Positions 1-7,988 of a stretch of 24,882 bases of DNA are shown here, in pieces. The notes under the pieces were generated by a model. It was not told the origin of the DNA. It saw only the letters and a program-made list of their open reading frames with translations, and ran no database searches. The position numbers and the translations under genes are program-made. Source of the stretch: an uncultured archaeon. Lineage in GTDB: Archaea > Asgardarchaeota > Lokiarchaeia > Sigyniarchaeales > SOKP01. Position 1 is the first letter of the stretch, and the number at the start of each line of letters is the position of its first letter. Where the stretch lies: assembly GCA_964388035.1 (NCBI GenBank), contig CAYLZE010000008.1:86100-110981 (forward strand). Direction: 5' to 3'.

Positions 1-366
1 ATCAAACAATAGAACCATTATCAAGAAATAAAAAAAAGTGAGTAATTCTGATCCTAATGGTGGTGTCCATAATAATATCATTATAATACATAAGGGAATG
101 ATACCAAGGATAATAAAAGGTTTTCTTCTGCCCCACTTGGAACTGGTTCGATCTGAAAGAGAACCAAGCAAGGGATCATTAATCGCATTCCAGAGAGACC
201 AAAGAATAAATACAATGGTAATAATATTGACATTTAATCCTACTACGGCATAATAAAATGTAAAAATGAAAAAGCTAAACATTTCCAGGGCGATTGTATC
301 GGAAAATTGGCCTATTCCATAACTTATTGCTTTTTTCAAAGAATATTCTGATTCATTAAGTTGCAT
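1..366 (-). CDS. GPH-family (MelB-like) MFS sugar/cation symporter, N-terminal part; runs off the window edge
   Basis: Not in ORF track. Manual translation from ATG at 366: MQLNESEYSLKKAISYGIGQFSDTIALEMFSFFIFTFYYAVVGL...WSLWNAINDPLLGSLSDRTSSKWGRRKPFIILG..., with the GPH loop motif DPxxGxxSDRTxSKWGRRKP and hydrophobic helices; open to position 1. Confidence 0.9.
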   Translation of the reverse strand, partial: MQLNESEYSLKKAISYGIGQFSDTIALEMFSFFIFTFYYAVVGLNVNIITIVFILWSLWNAINDPLLGSLSDRTSSKWGRRKPFIILGIIPLCIIMILLWTPPLGSELLTFFYFLIMVLLFD

Positions 367-564
367 ATTTCTTTCCCTCTATGAGTAATATAATTTAAAT
401 ATTTCTTAAAATAATGTTTACTTATTTTCTATTAATAAATTCCAAAAGAGTGAGATTAAATACTCAAATTAAAAATGGAGAATCAATATTATATTATTAA
501 TTTAGGAAATTATTTGAATACCATTTTTCAAATTAGATTTTAAAACCACGTATTATTCACGATC

Positions 565-1161
565 ATGTCTTTGTTTAATAACCTTGCGGAGAAAATTGAT
601 TTTATTAACATTAGTAATGAATTTTCTACTTTAGTCGAATGGAAACCCCCTCGATCTTTCAAGAGTTTTATATTAGATTTAAATATTATTAAAGAACATG
701 CCATAGATAACATTTTCTTCCACATTTCTAAGGGCAATTTAAAAATCGCTCATATAAAGAGAGAGGATTTGATTTATACGATTGGAGCTGAAAACGATGT
801 TCAATTTCAAGTCATGGAAGCTATTTTGGAGTATGTATATACAATTTTTAATGAAATATATGATGTTAAAGTCATCTTTTCTTCTTATTTGGATGTAAAT
901 CCTGTTATTTTTAAAAATTTCAAAATAGAATTAGATAACATGATAAATAATTTAGAGGAATTGAACTTAATACAAAAAGCGAATGTATATTGTCCGGTAT
1001 GCAAGAAGACATTGATCGTTTATATTAAAAAGAGCATTATTAAAAACGCGGATTATTATCCCATCCCAATGGTCTATACACATCAAGGACACGCGATCTT
1101 GATCTATGTTGATATGAATTTAGATATAAGAGGGGTTGAATTAGTTTCAATTACCAGTTAA
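565..1161 (+). CDS. Hypothetical protein; possible longin/roadblock-like N-terminal domain plus C-terminal CxxC...HxxH metal-binding domain
   Basis: 198-aa ORF; C-terminal CPVC...YTHQGH...YVD motif; N-terminal beta/alpha alternation resembles longin folds (inference). Confidence 0.7.
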   Translation: MSLFNNLAEKIDFINISNEFSTLVEWKPPRSFKSFILDLNIIKEHAIDNIFFHISKGNLKIAHIKREDLIYTIGAENDVQFQVMEAILEYVYTIFNEIYDVKVIFSSYLDVNPVIFKNFKIELDNMINNLEELNLIQKANVYCPVCKKTLIVYIKKSIIKNADYYPIPMVYTHQGHAILIYVDMNLDIRGVELVSITS

Positions 1162-1217
1162 TATAATTTCATGTTTATTTTAATTCATGATTAAAAGAGG
1201 AAGTAGTGAAGTTATAG

Positions 1218-1361
1218 ATGAAAAAAAAAAAAGAGATCATTAAATGTAAATATTGCGGAGTAGAACTGGATGATGAGGAGGTAATTTATGTAGAAGGGGA
1301 ACCATATTGCTCTGATTGTTATCGAGAAGGAGAGATTTACTCCGACATTCCAGATGACTGA
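1218..1361 (+). CDS. Small C4 zinc-finger protein (47 aa)
   Basis: Below ORF-track cutoff. MKKKKEIIKCKYCGVELDDEEVIYVEGEPYCSDCYREGEIYSDIPDD*; CxxC-x17-CxxC; purine-rich AAGAGGAAG upstream. Confidence 0.75.
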   Translation: MKKKKEIIKCKYCGVELDDEEVIYVEGEPYCSDCYREGEIYSDIPDD

Positions 1362-1724
1362 GATATAAGTTTTAAATTAAATTTAAAAGTCGAGTTATTA
1401 TCGTTCTTTAGAAATGAAGATCTTCTCATAATCCTCTAATTAAGAGGTTATTTAAAGAGTAGGGAGTTTAGAATTGCGCGAATATATCAAAATTCTTGAG
1501 TTAAGTACATTGGTTGTAGTTTTTAATGATCTGTTAGATAAGTTGTTTTTAACACTGTAAAAGATTAATACATATATTTTAAATTTTGATCTTATATATA
1601 GAAAGTAGAGTTAAATATTCTAATATGATTTTACTTAACTATTTTAAAATCATTATCATGAATCGAATTCCAATCATTTTTATTCATATAATATATCGCA
1701 TATTACAAGAAAAAGCAACCTAAA

Positions 1725-2735
1725 ATGCAAGATAAAGATATATCTAAAGAAGATATTTACTATGAAGATATAGTAAAAAAAACCAAAACGGGTTCAATTA
1801 CAATTCCAAAGGACCTGAGAGAAGATTTATTTAATGAGGAAAGCGAGGTTTTTTTTAAATTAATCGTACCAAACGATAAAAAAAAAATAATTTTAGAAAT
1901 TCTCTCAAATGAGGAAGCGGAAGAATTACAAAAAGAAAATCAAGTTAAGAAGGAAAAAGTCGAAAAAAGTGGTGAAAGGGCAAAAAAAGCTACAGGGTCC
2001 AAAAAGGAAAAGCTTGAACCCGCTTGGTCGTATTATTTTACCTATGATTTTGAAAACCAAGCAAAAGTGAAAAACATCCTGGAATCTGCCTTTTATAAAT
2101 TTGCAGAAGATCCCCCAAATTTAGAAGATGCTATGGGGAGAGTAAAATATGCATTGGTGACTTATTTAACCTCCATTAAAACAGAAAATGCTAAATTGTA
2201 TTTTGCTGTGGAAAAATTCCTTTTAGACATAATTGAAAAATTTAATCTGCCTAATCTTCTTGACTGGATTTTTGAAAAGCTCATGCCCAACATCGAGAGC
2301 AAATTTCTTTATGAATTAGCTTTATTAGAATTAATTGACTATTCTATAAAGTTCAAGCGATGGGAAAAAGCAGAGTTATATATCTTCTACGTGCTTAAAA
2401 ATATTGATAGCTACGGAACCACAGAAGTGTATAATATCATGAATTCATTCAAACAACTCGTAAAAAAGGTAAAATGGGTAGAACGAACCGAGAAAATCGA
2501 TATTTTATTGAAAGAAAAATTATTAGAATACGGTAAACAAAAATTCGATGATCTCGATTATAAAATTCAAATAATAGAATTATTAGAGGATTTAAATTAT
2601 ATTGAATTAGCTTATAATTTGGCGAAAGAAATACAATTATCTATACCTCTAGAAAGTCCAAGAGCTGAATATATTGGTAAGTTAGTAACTAGATTACATA
2701 CGACTCCTATAACTGAAAATAAGCAAAAAATTTGA
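1725..2735 (+). CDS. AbrB/MazE/SpoVT-type DNA-binding N-terminus fused to a charged linker and an alpha-helical domain
   Basis: KKTKTGSITIPKDLREDL matches the swapped-hairpin signature (GxITIPKxxRxxL); remainder is helical and Leu-rich. Confidence 0.7.
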   Translation: MQDKDISKEDIYYEDIVKKTKTGSITIPKDLREDLFNEESEVFFKLIVPNDKKKIILEILSNEEAEELQKENQVKKEKVEKSGERAKKATGSKKEKLEPAWSYYFTYDFENQAKVKNILESAFYKFAEDPPNLEDAMGRVKYALVTYLTSIKTENAKLYFAVEKFLLDIIEKFNLPNLLDWIFEKLMPNIESKFLYELALLELIDYSIKFKRWEKAELYIFYVLKNIDSYGTTEVYNIMNSFKQLVKKVKWVERTEKIDILLKEKLLEYGKQKFDDLDYKIQIIELLEDLNYIELAYNLAKEIQLSIPLESPRAEYIGKLVTRLHTTPITENKQKI

Positions 2736-2806
2736 TTTATTCCTCAGAATTTAACAGAAAATTTATAAATAAAACTGTTTCGGTGTACTTGCTTATCCCA
2801 ATTTTC

Positions 2807-4015
2807 TTAAGGGGATGTATCGTATTTTTTATTATGTTCATCTAATCTTTCTTGAATTCTCTTTTGTTCTTCTTCCTTAATTTTTCTTTCTTTCTCTTCT
2901 ATCGCTTTTTTTTGTAGTTCTATTTCTACTTGAGATAGTATCTTTTCTTTCTCCAATAACTCTTCTTTATGCAGTAATGCTTTTTCTTTCTCATCTAGTT
3001 TTTTCTCTTCCAAGGTTTTTTCTTTTTCCTGTAATTCCAATTCTCGTCGCTTAAGTTCTAATTCCTTCTTTTTTAATTCTAACTCTTTATCTTTTATCTC
3101 TTTTTCTTCTTTTGCTAATTCGACTTGTTTGACGCTATCCTCTCCTCCTTCCAAAACTTGCTTTTCTTTTTCCTGTAATTCAATTGATTTCATAGCAATT
3201 TCTGCTTCTTTTTGCTTAATCGAAGGTTCAAGCATCTTCTCTTCCTTTATATTGCTTTTTTCTTTTTCTTGAATTTTACCATCTTTTATTTCAAAATCCT
3301 GACTTTTTTCTGATGCCGGTGCTTTAATCCCTTCTTCTTGTCCTCCTGCGATTGCTTCTTCCTCAATGATTTCATCAATTTTTTCTATAGACACGATAGA
3401 TTTTAATATGTTATCAATGTTAGCTTTTAATTGCTCGTTTTCAGGATTGCTTTTCAGATAAGTAGTTAAAATTTTAGTGGTGAGGGAAGGTGAATCGTTT
3501 CCTATTATTTTTAAGAGCTGGATTGCTTTACTGACAACAAATTCTTGTTCATCATTGAGTTTGCGCGCAATATTCAAAAGAATATCCTCCTCTTTAATTT
3601 TTTTTTCTCCCCCTTCTATAAAGATGAGTAACTGTAAAAATGCTTCTCTGACATTTGGATCGTCAGAATTAAGTAATTCATCGGCAAACGGCAAGAATAG
3701 ATTTGACTCATTTTCACACATGGATTTTAAGAGAAGTAAAAAAGAATAACGCAATATTGAATCTTTTTTTGATAAATTTTCTAATAAAGAAGGAATATCT
3801 ATGATTACATTCTCAATTAGAAATCTTAACACTGTCTTTCCTCCATGTTCTTGAAGGATAGTCTCTATGACATTCTCAATTCTATCGATATAATTGACCT
3901 CGTTGGACTCATTTATATATGCACCAATTTCCTTGACGGCATCATCAATCCTTCCCTCTTTTACAAATTCTCGTATTTCATTTATTTCTTCACTATTATT
4001 CTCAATTATGGACAT
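2807..4015 (-). CDS. HEAT/ARM-repeat protein with long E/K-rich C-terminal coiled coil
   Basis: HEAT-like units (LLNSDDPNVREAF, KLNDEQEFVVSKAIQLL, LSKKDSILRYSF); C-terminal ~130 aa E/K/L heptads. Confidence 0.8.
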   Translation of the reverse strand: MSIIENNSEEINEIREFVKEGRIDDAVKEIGAYINESNEVNYIDRIENVIETILQEHGGKTVLRFLIENVIIDIPSLLENLSKKDSILRYSFLLLLKSMCENESNLFLPFADELLNSDDPNVREAFLQLLIFIEGGEKKIKEEDILLNIARKLNDEQEFVVSKAIQLLKIIGNDSPSLTTKILTTYLKSNPENEQLKANIDNILKSIVSIEKIDEIIEEEAIAGGQEEGIKAPASEKSQDFEIKDGKIQEKEKSNIKEEKMLEPSIKQKEAEIAMKSIELQEKEKQVLEGGEDSVKQVELAKEEKEIKDKELELKKKELELKRRELELQEKEKTLEEKKLDEKEKALLHKEELLEKEKILSQVEIELQKKAIEEKERKIKEEEQKRIQERLDEHNKKYDTSP

Positions 4016-4054
4016 AACAATTTCACCCTTCTTTAGTAATTAAATCATGTAATC

Positions 4055-5077
4055 TTAACTCTTTTTTTCTACTAAATAATCTTCTAAATGGAGAATATAA
4101 TAATCTTGATAAATGCGATTAATAAAATTGAATAATAATCGTAAATCTCTAAATCTTATTGGCATTTTATTATTATCAATATAACTATTAGAAGATGATA
4201 ATAAATTTAACTGTATTTCTAAATCTCCAATATAGTTAAAATTTAAATTAATCTCTCCACAAATATTGGATAAAGTTTCGACATCTTCCATGAAATCTTT
4301 CCAAAAATACTTATCGATATTAGAGCCATTTTCTAAAGGAGGAGCATCAGATATTTTTCTAATCACTTCTCGTGGAATTTTAGCTGAAATCTTTACTTTT
4401 TCTTTAGGGACATAATGAACCAGAATATCTGGAAAATTTAATCCCATATAGAATGAAACAAGACCGTGGATTAATTCCAATGAATTTATTTCTTCTCGTT
4501 TAGCATTGCAAATGGCGTAATTTTCATTTATATAAAGAATATGAATCCGTTCTTCAAACAGAAATATTAGATAATTTTTTTCTTCAGTTAAAGAATATTT
4601 AAAATTCTCATTTCGTTTATAAATTCTCTCATCAAATATTTTAAATGCCCCTTCCCAGTTTTTAAATGCGATTAATTTATTCAATTTTCTATAATCGCCA
4701 TGAAAGTACACATCAAAAAAGTCGATGGTATATAAATAACTATCGTGAGGATGATATGTAACCGTCTTATTATAGAAATATCTTTGTAACACTCCTTTAT
4801 GAATAGAATAGCAGAATTTAGGCAGATCATCAATTTTTAGACCATTCTTAATACGGAGTTTAAGCAGAAATCGTCTAGTACACATGGGTGTAAGAGTGCA
4901 TGCGATTTTAGACATGTATATTTTAGAGCATGAAACATGCTACATTCTATCTACTTGGCACTCTTCAAAACATAATTTGTCAATCCGCTTTATAAACAAA
5001 TCAAGTAATTCCGTACTGAATTTTTCATTGGATGGATTATCTAGGAAATTAATGATGTGTTCTGGTTCTATAGGCAT
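4055..5077 (-). CDS. Cys-motif hypothetical protein, two exons: 5077..4947 and 4907..4055 (327 aa after splicing)
   Basis: ATG 5077 opens MPIEPEHIINFLDNPSNEKFSTELLDLFIKRIDKLCFEECQVDR in the same frame as track ORF 4055..4915, separated only by TAG at 4942-4940. Removing 4908..4946 gives ...CFEECQVDR/IACTLTPMC...; TATA-like box ~35-42 nt upstream of 5077. Confidence 0.8.
4908..4946 (-). other. Candidate 39-nt bulge-helix-bulge (archaeal tRNA-type) intron in a protein-coding gene
   Basis: Central helix AGAU(4952-4949)/GUCU(4913-4910); 3-nt bulges AG^A(4948-4946) and AA^A(4909-4907); intron helix AUGUA/UACAU; inner hairpin GCAUG-UUU-CAUGC; exon pairs GU/AU, then AAGAGUGC(4965-4958)/GCACUCUU(4899-4892). 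Contains the in-frame UAG. Confidence 0.8.
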
Positions 5078-5095
5078 GTTGAGTGAGATTAAAAC

Positions 5096-5146
5096 ATTTA
5101 ATTTTATTACTATATATAATAATTTAATTTTATTCTATATATAATA
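5096..5146 (-). promoter_or_regulatory. Tandemly duplicated TATA-containing element upstream of the intron-bearing gene
   Basis: Adjacent copies atttaattttattactatatataata (5096-5121) and atttaattttatt-ctatatataata (5122-5146); each reads TTATATATA on the minus strand. Confidence 0.6.
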
Positions 5147-5404
5147 GTTTGATATAATTATTCTATTTTATGACATTTTTTCAGTATTGAACTTCATAAC
5201 TTAATCTAACAATACTTTTGAAAAAATAGAAATTCATTTAAAAGTCTTTATGATTATTTCTCCCTCTATTCTCTCCTTTTCTTTATTCCCAGTTAATGAT
5301 TGAAATAAGGAATAGCATGAATTAAGAGATATATCAATATTTAAGGTTTTAAAAATCTTTTCTTAAAAGTGGTACATTTATCTTGTTTTTTTAACTAATA
5401 ACTA

Positions 5405-5418
5405 GAAAACATTTAAAT
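5405..5418 (+). promoter_or_regulatory. Putative BRE/TATA element for the GTPase gene
   Basis: GAAAAC-ATTTAAAT about 30 nt before ATG 5445, the spacing of a leaderless archaeal transcript; AT-rich background weakens the call. Confidence 0.4.
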
Positions 5419-5444
5419 TTATAATCCTTTATATTGTTGTAGTA

Positions 5445-6917
5445 ATGTTAAGACAGATTCATATTTTCCATAAAGGAAAACATGTTTTTACACATAGTTT
5501 TGCATTAGCTTTCGGAAAAGAAGAATTAGAAAAAGTAAGGGAAGTTATTCAAGATTATTTAATGATGCCTATTCCTGGAAAAACCTTGCATCGTCCCATT
5601 TCAAATTATCAAGTATTTCACCAAGGAAAAGCAGATAATTATTTTTTATTTGTCACGGATTTAATCGATTCAATAAGTTATATGGAAAAACTGGTTAATA
5701 ATACTATTGCCAAGTTCAATACACTTTTTCCAAATTCTTTAGAAATTGAAAATGAGACCGAAAAAGCTAAGCAGTTTAAGGAATTTATGAATAATTTGCA
5801 AAAAGGAATGCATTCAAAAATCGCAATTGCTGGACCAATACAATCGGGAAAAACTACATTATATAATCTTCTCAAGAGTGGAGAAGAAAAATCGATCATG
5901 AATTTTGCTAAGGCATCCAATTTTATTATTAGTAATTTAAATTTTGATCTATGGGATTTCCAATTAAAAGATAATTTTTCTCTTCTCTGGGCAAAATTTT
6001 TGAGTGGATCGGATCTTATTATTTTATTAATTGATGTTTCTAATTATAATCTGAAAATAATTAATCAATTCTTGAGTTTCCAGAAAAAAGAAGCACGGTA
6101 TTCTAAGTTTCTTTATTTAGCTAATAAAGTTGATTTAATAAATGAAAAGGAACTAGCGAAGATTAAACAAGAACTAAATCTTAAAGAGTTAATTTCCACA
6201 TCTCTAAAAGAGCCTAATTCTTTGAAAGAATTAACGAAAATCATCCGAGAAATTTTGGGTTTAAAAGTGGTTCTTCCAGAGAACTTCGAGGGGTTAATGA
6301 AAGAAGCCCAAAATTTGGAAAAAGAAAATAATATGGTAGCAGCCATGGCAAAATATAAGGAACTCATTCAAATCTGTAATGAGTATCAAGATTATTCCTA
6401 TATCAACATGTTAAAACAAAAAGTGGAAGAATTAACTACAGATCTCCGAAAACATGTGGAGAACAAAAAAGAACAGGAAAGGAAAAAAAAGTTTGAAATT
6501 CCCGAGGAAATAAAGTTTAAAGAAAAAATTAAAGTGAAATCTTTATTACAGACCAGTTCGAAAATAGTACCAGAAATTAAAAAAAAAGTAAAAAAAGAAG
6601 AGGAAAAAACCTCTAAAGCAAAGTTATCTTCAATGGACTTCAAAATAGATCTGGATCCTTTAAGAAAAGAGGAAGATATGATAGAAAAAATCATTGCCTC
6701 TTCCAAAAAGAAAATTGAACCAGTAAAACCAGAAGACTTAAAAACTGAAGAAGATTATCCAAAAGCCTTACAAAAAATGATTCAAAATCGGGGCAGCTTC
6801 TTAAGTTTAAAATTATCAAAACAATACTTAGATGAGGTAAAAGAAGTATTAGGAAGAGAACTAAATTTTGAGGATCTTGAAAATTTAGCGGATCAATTTG
6901 TAAGGAAAGATATTTGA
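5445..6917 (+). CDS. Multidomain small-GTPase-like protein (longin-like N-terminus, Ras/Arf-superfamily P-loop domain, helical/charged C-terminus)
   Basis: G1 GPIQSGKTT, degenerate G3 LWDFQL, G4 NKVD, G5-like TSLK; N-terminal ~120 aa starting LRQIHIFHKG resembles longin (inference). Confidence 0.8.
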   Translation: MLRQIHIFHKGKHVFTHSFALAFGKEELEKVREVIQDYLMMPIPGKTLHRPISNYQVFHQGKADNYFLFVTDLIDSISYMEKLVNNTIAKFNTLFPNSLEIENETEKAKQFKEFMNNLQKGMHSKIAIAGPIQSGKTTLYNLLKSGEEKSIMNFAKASNFIISNLNFDLWDFQLKDNFSLLWAKFLSGSDLIILLIDVSNYNLKIINQFLSFQKKEARYSKFLYLANKVDLINEKELAKIKQELNLKELISTSLKEPNSLKELTKIIREILGLKVVLPENFEGLMKEAQNLEKENNMVAAMAKYKELIQICNEYQDYSYINMLKQKVEELTTDLRKHVENKKEQERKKKFEIPEEIKFKEKIKVKSLLQTSSKIVPEIKKKVKKEEEKTSKAKLSSMDFKIDLDPLRKEEDMIEKIIASSKKKIEPVKPEDLKTEEDYPKALQKMIQNRGSFLSLKLSKQYLDEVKEVLGRELNFEDLENLADQFVRKDI

Positions 6918-7053
6918 AATGAAAAGGAATTATTAAATGAACCGGTGTTATTAGGCATTATCATCATTCTCTTTCTTTTGACAGCATGGTCCGTGTGTAT
7001 GAATTCTTTGCAATTAGATGTTATAAAAAATATTTAATCGTTTTTTGGAAACC

Positions 7054-7869
7054 ATGAAAATTGCTTTAATTTATTTTTCCCCGACAGGAAATACGAAGAA
7101 GATTGCCGATGCAATACAACAAGAGCTTATTAAAAATGATGTAGAAATCGGAATTTTTAATATAACCAAACCTAAAATTCGAAGAAATATCTCTAATTTT
7201 TTGGAATTTGAACAATTCATTTTTGGATTTCCAATTTTTTATTGGAGAATACCCGAAGAAATAAGAAATTGGCTAAAACTCGTGAAAGGAAATGGGAAAA
7301 AATGTGCCACTTTTTTCACATATGGTGGAATTACATCGGGAGTTGCTCCCTACGATACAGGGCAAATTTTAAAAGCCCAAGATTTCAATCTCCTCATTGC
7401 TGCAGAATTCTTAGGAAAGCATACTTTTAACATAGCGGGATGGAACGTCATTCCGAATAGACCTAATAGCGAGGATTTAAACATCGCAAGAGAATTTGCC
7501 CAGTTAATTTTAAAAAAATTTAGGGATGATTCTGCAGTCCCTATCGATTTTGAAAAACCGCAATATTCTGAAGAATTTGTGGAAAATGTTGCTAAATCCA
7601 CTAAGCGAGCAATTCCCTTACCGTATATTGTCAATGATGCCTGTAAATCATGTGGAATTTGCGAGAAAGTATGTCCTAATGAAGCAATTAACATTGAGGA
7701 AAAAAGAATTTCTCGTAAAAAATGCATGCGATGTTTGAAATGCATTTTAGAGTGTCCAGAAAATGCACTCCGAATTAAAGACATGTCTTCGCAATTTCAA
7801 GTATTGGAGCAAAGGAGAAAATTATCTCTTGAAGAACTAAACCTCAAGAAAAGTAAAATCTATTTGTAA
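7054..7869 (+). CDS. EFR1-type flavodoxin-like + 2x[4Fe-4S] ferredoxin protein
   Basis: YFSPTGNT flavodoxin P-loop; CKSCGICEKVCP and CMRCLKCILECP; ATG 7054 preferred to TTG 7045. Confidence 0.9.
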   Translation: MKIALIYFSPTGNTKKIADAIQQELIKNDVEIGIFNITKPKIRRNISNFLEFEQFIFGFPIFYWRIPEEIRNWLKLVKGNGKKCATFFTYGGITSGVAPYDTGQILKAQDFNLLIAAEFLGKHTFNIAGWNVIPNRPNSEDLNIAREFAQLILKKFRDDSAVPIDFEKPQYSEEFVENVAKSTKRAIPLPYIVNDACKSCGICEKVCPNEAINIEEKRISRKKCMRCLKCILECPENALRIKDMSSQFQVLEQRRKLSLEELNLKKSKIYL

Positions 7870-7875
7870 CTTACC
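7849..7875 (+). repeat. Direct repeat, copy 1 (3' end of ferredoxin gene)
   Basis: aaaagtaaaatctatttgtaacttacc, 27 nt identical to 9845-9871. Confidence 0.9.
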
Positions 7876-7988
7876 TTTTGGGGTATTATAATAACTTTTA
7901 TAAAGAAAGGAATCGAGACCTGATAATTGGTCCTTATTCTTTATGATTCAAATTAAGTTGTCTAATCTTCTGCAATGCTTTAAGAGAT

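Noticed and set aside
38-253. 71-aa plus-strand ORF, and the other short track ORFs overlapping long genes (e.g. 3477, 5678, 6113, 6398, 7350, 8653, 10935, 14045, 18603, 19695, 22254, 23172)
   Set aside because: They are antisense or off-frame shadows of well-supported genes.
1370-1451. Palindrome TTTTAAATT-A-AATTTAAAA and hairpin CCTCT/AGAGG
   Set aside because: Short or pure A/T; expected by chance at this composition.
3020-3185. Repeated tttttcctgtaattc within the coiled-coil gene
   Set aside because: Reflects the repeated ELQEKEK peptide; not a CRISPR or mobile-element repeat.
4940-4942. Pyrrolysine/amber read-through of the in-frame TAG followed by a hairpin
   Set aside because: BHB geometry removes the stop exactly in frame and yields a more compact Cys motif; TAG serves as a normal stop for the acyl-CoA ligase (7989-7991); no pyl genes in the window. 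Disfavoured, not formally excluded.
4906-4953. Alternative BHB registers using UAGA/UCUA as the central helix
   Set aside because: They would excise 22, 26, 37 or 41 nt (all frameshifting) and pair worse than the AGAU/GUCU register.
4884-5144. 86-aa plus-strand ORF from the track
   Set aside because: Antisense shadow of exon 1 and the promoter of the intron-bearing gene; no recognisable motif.
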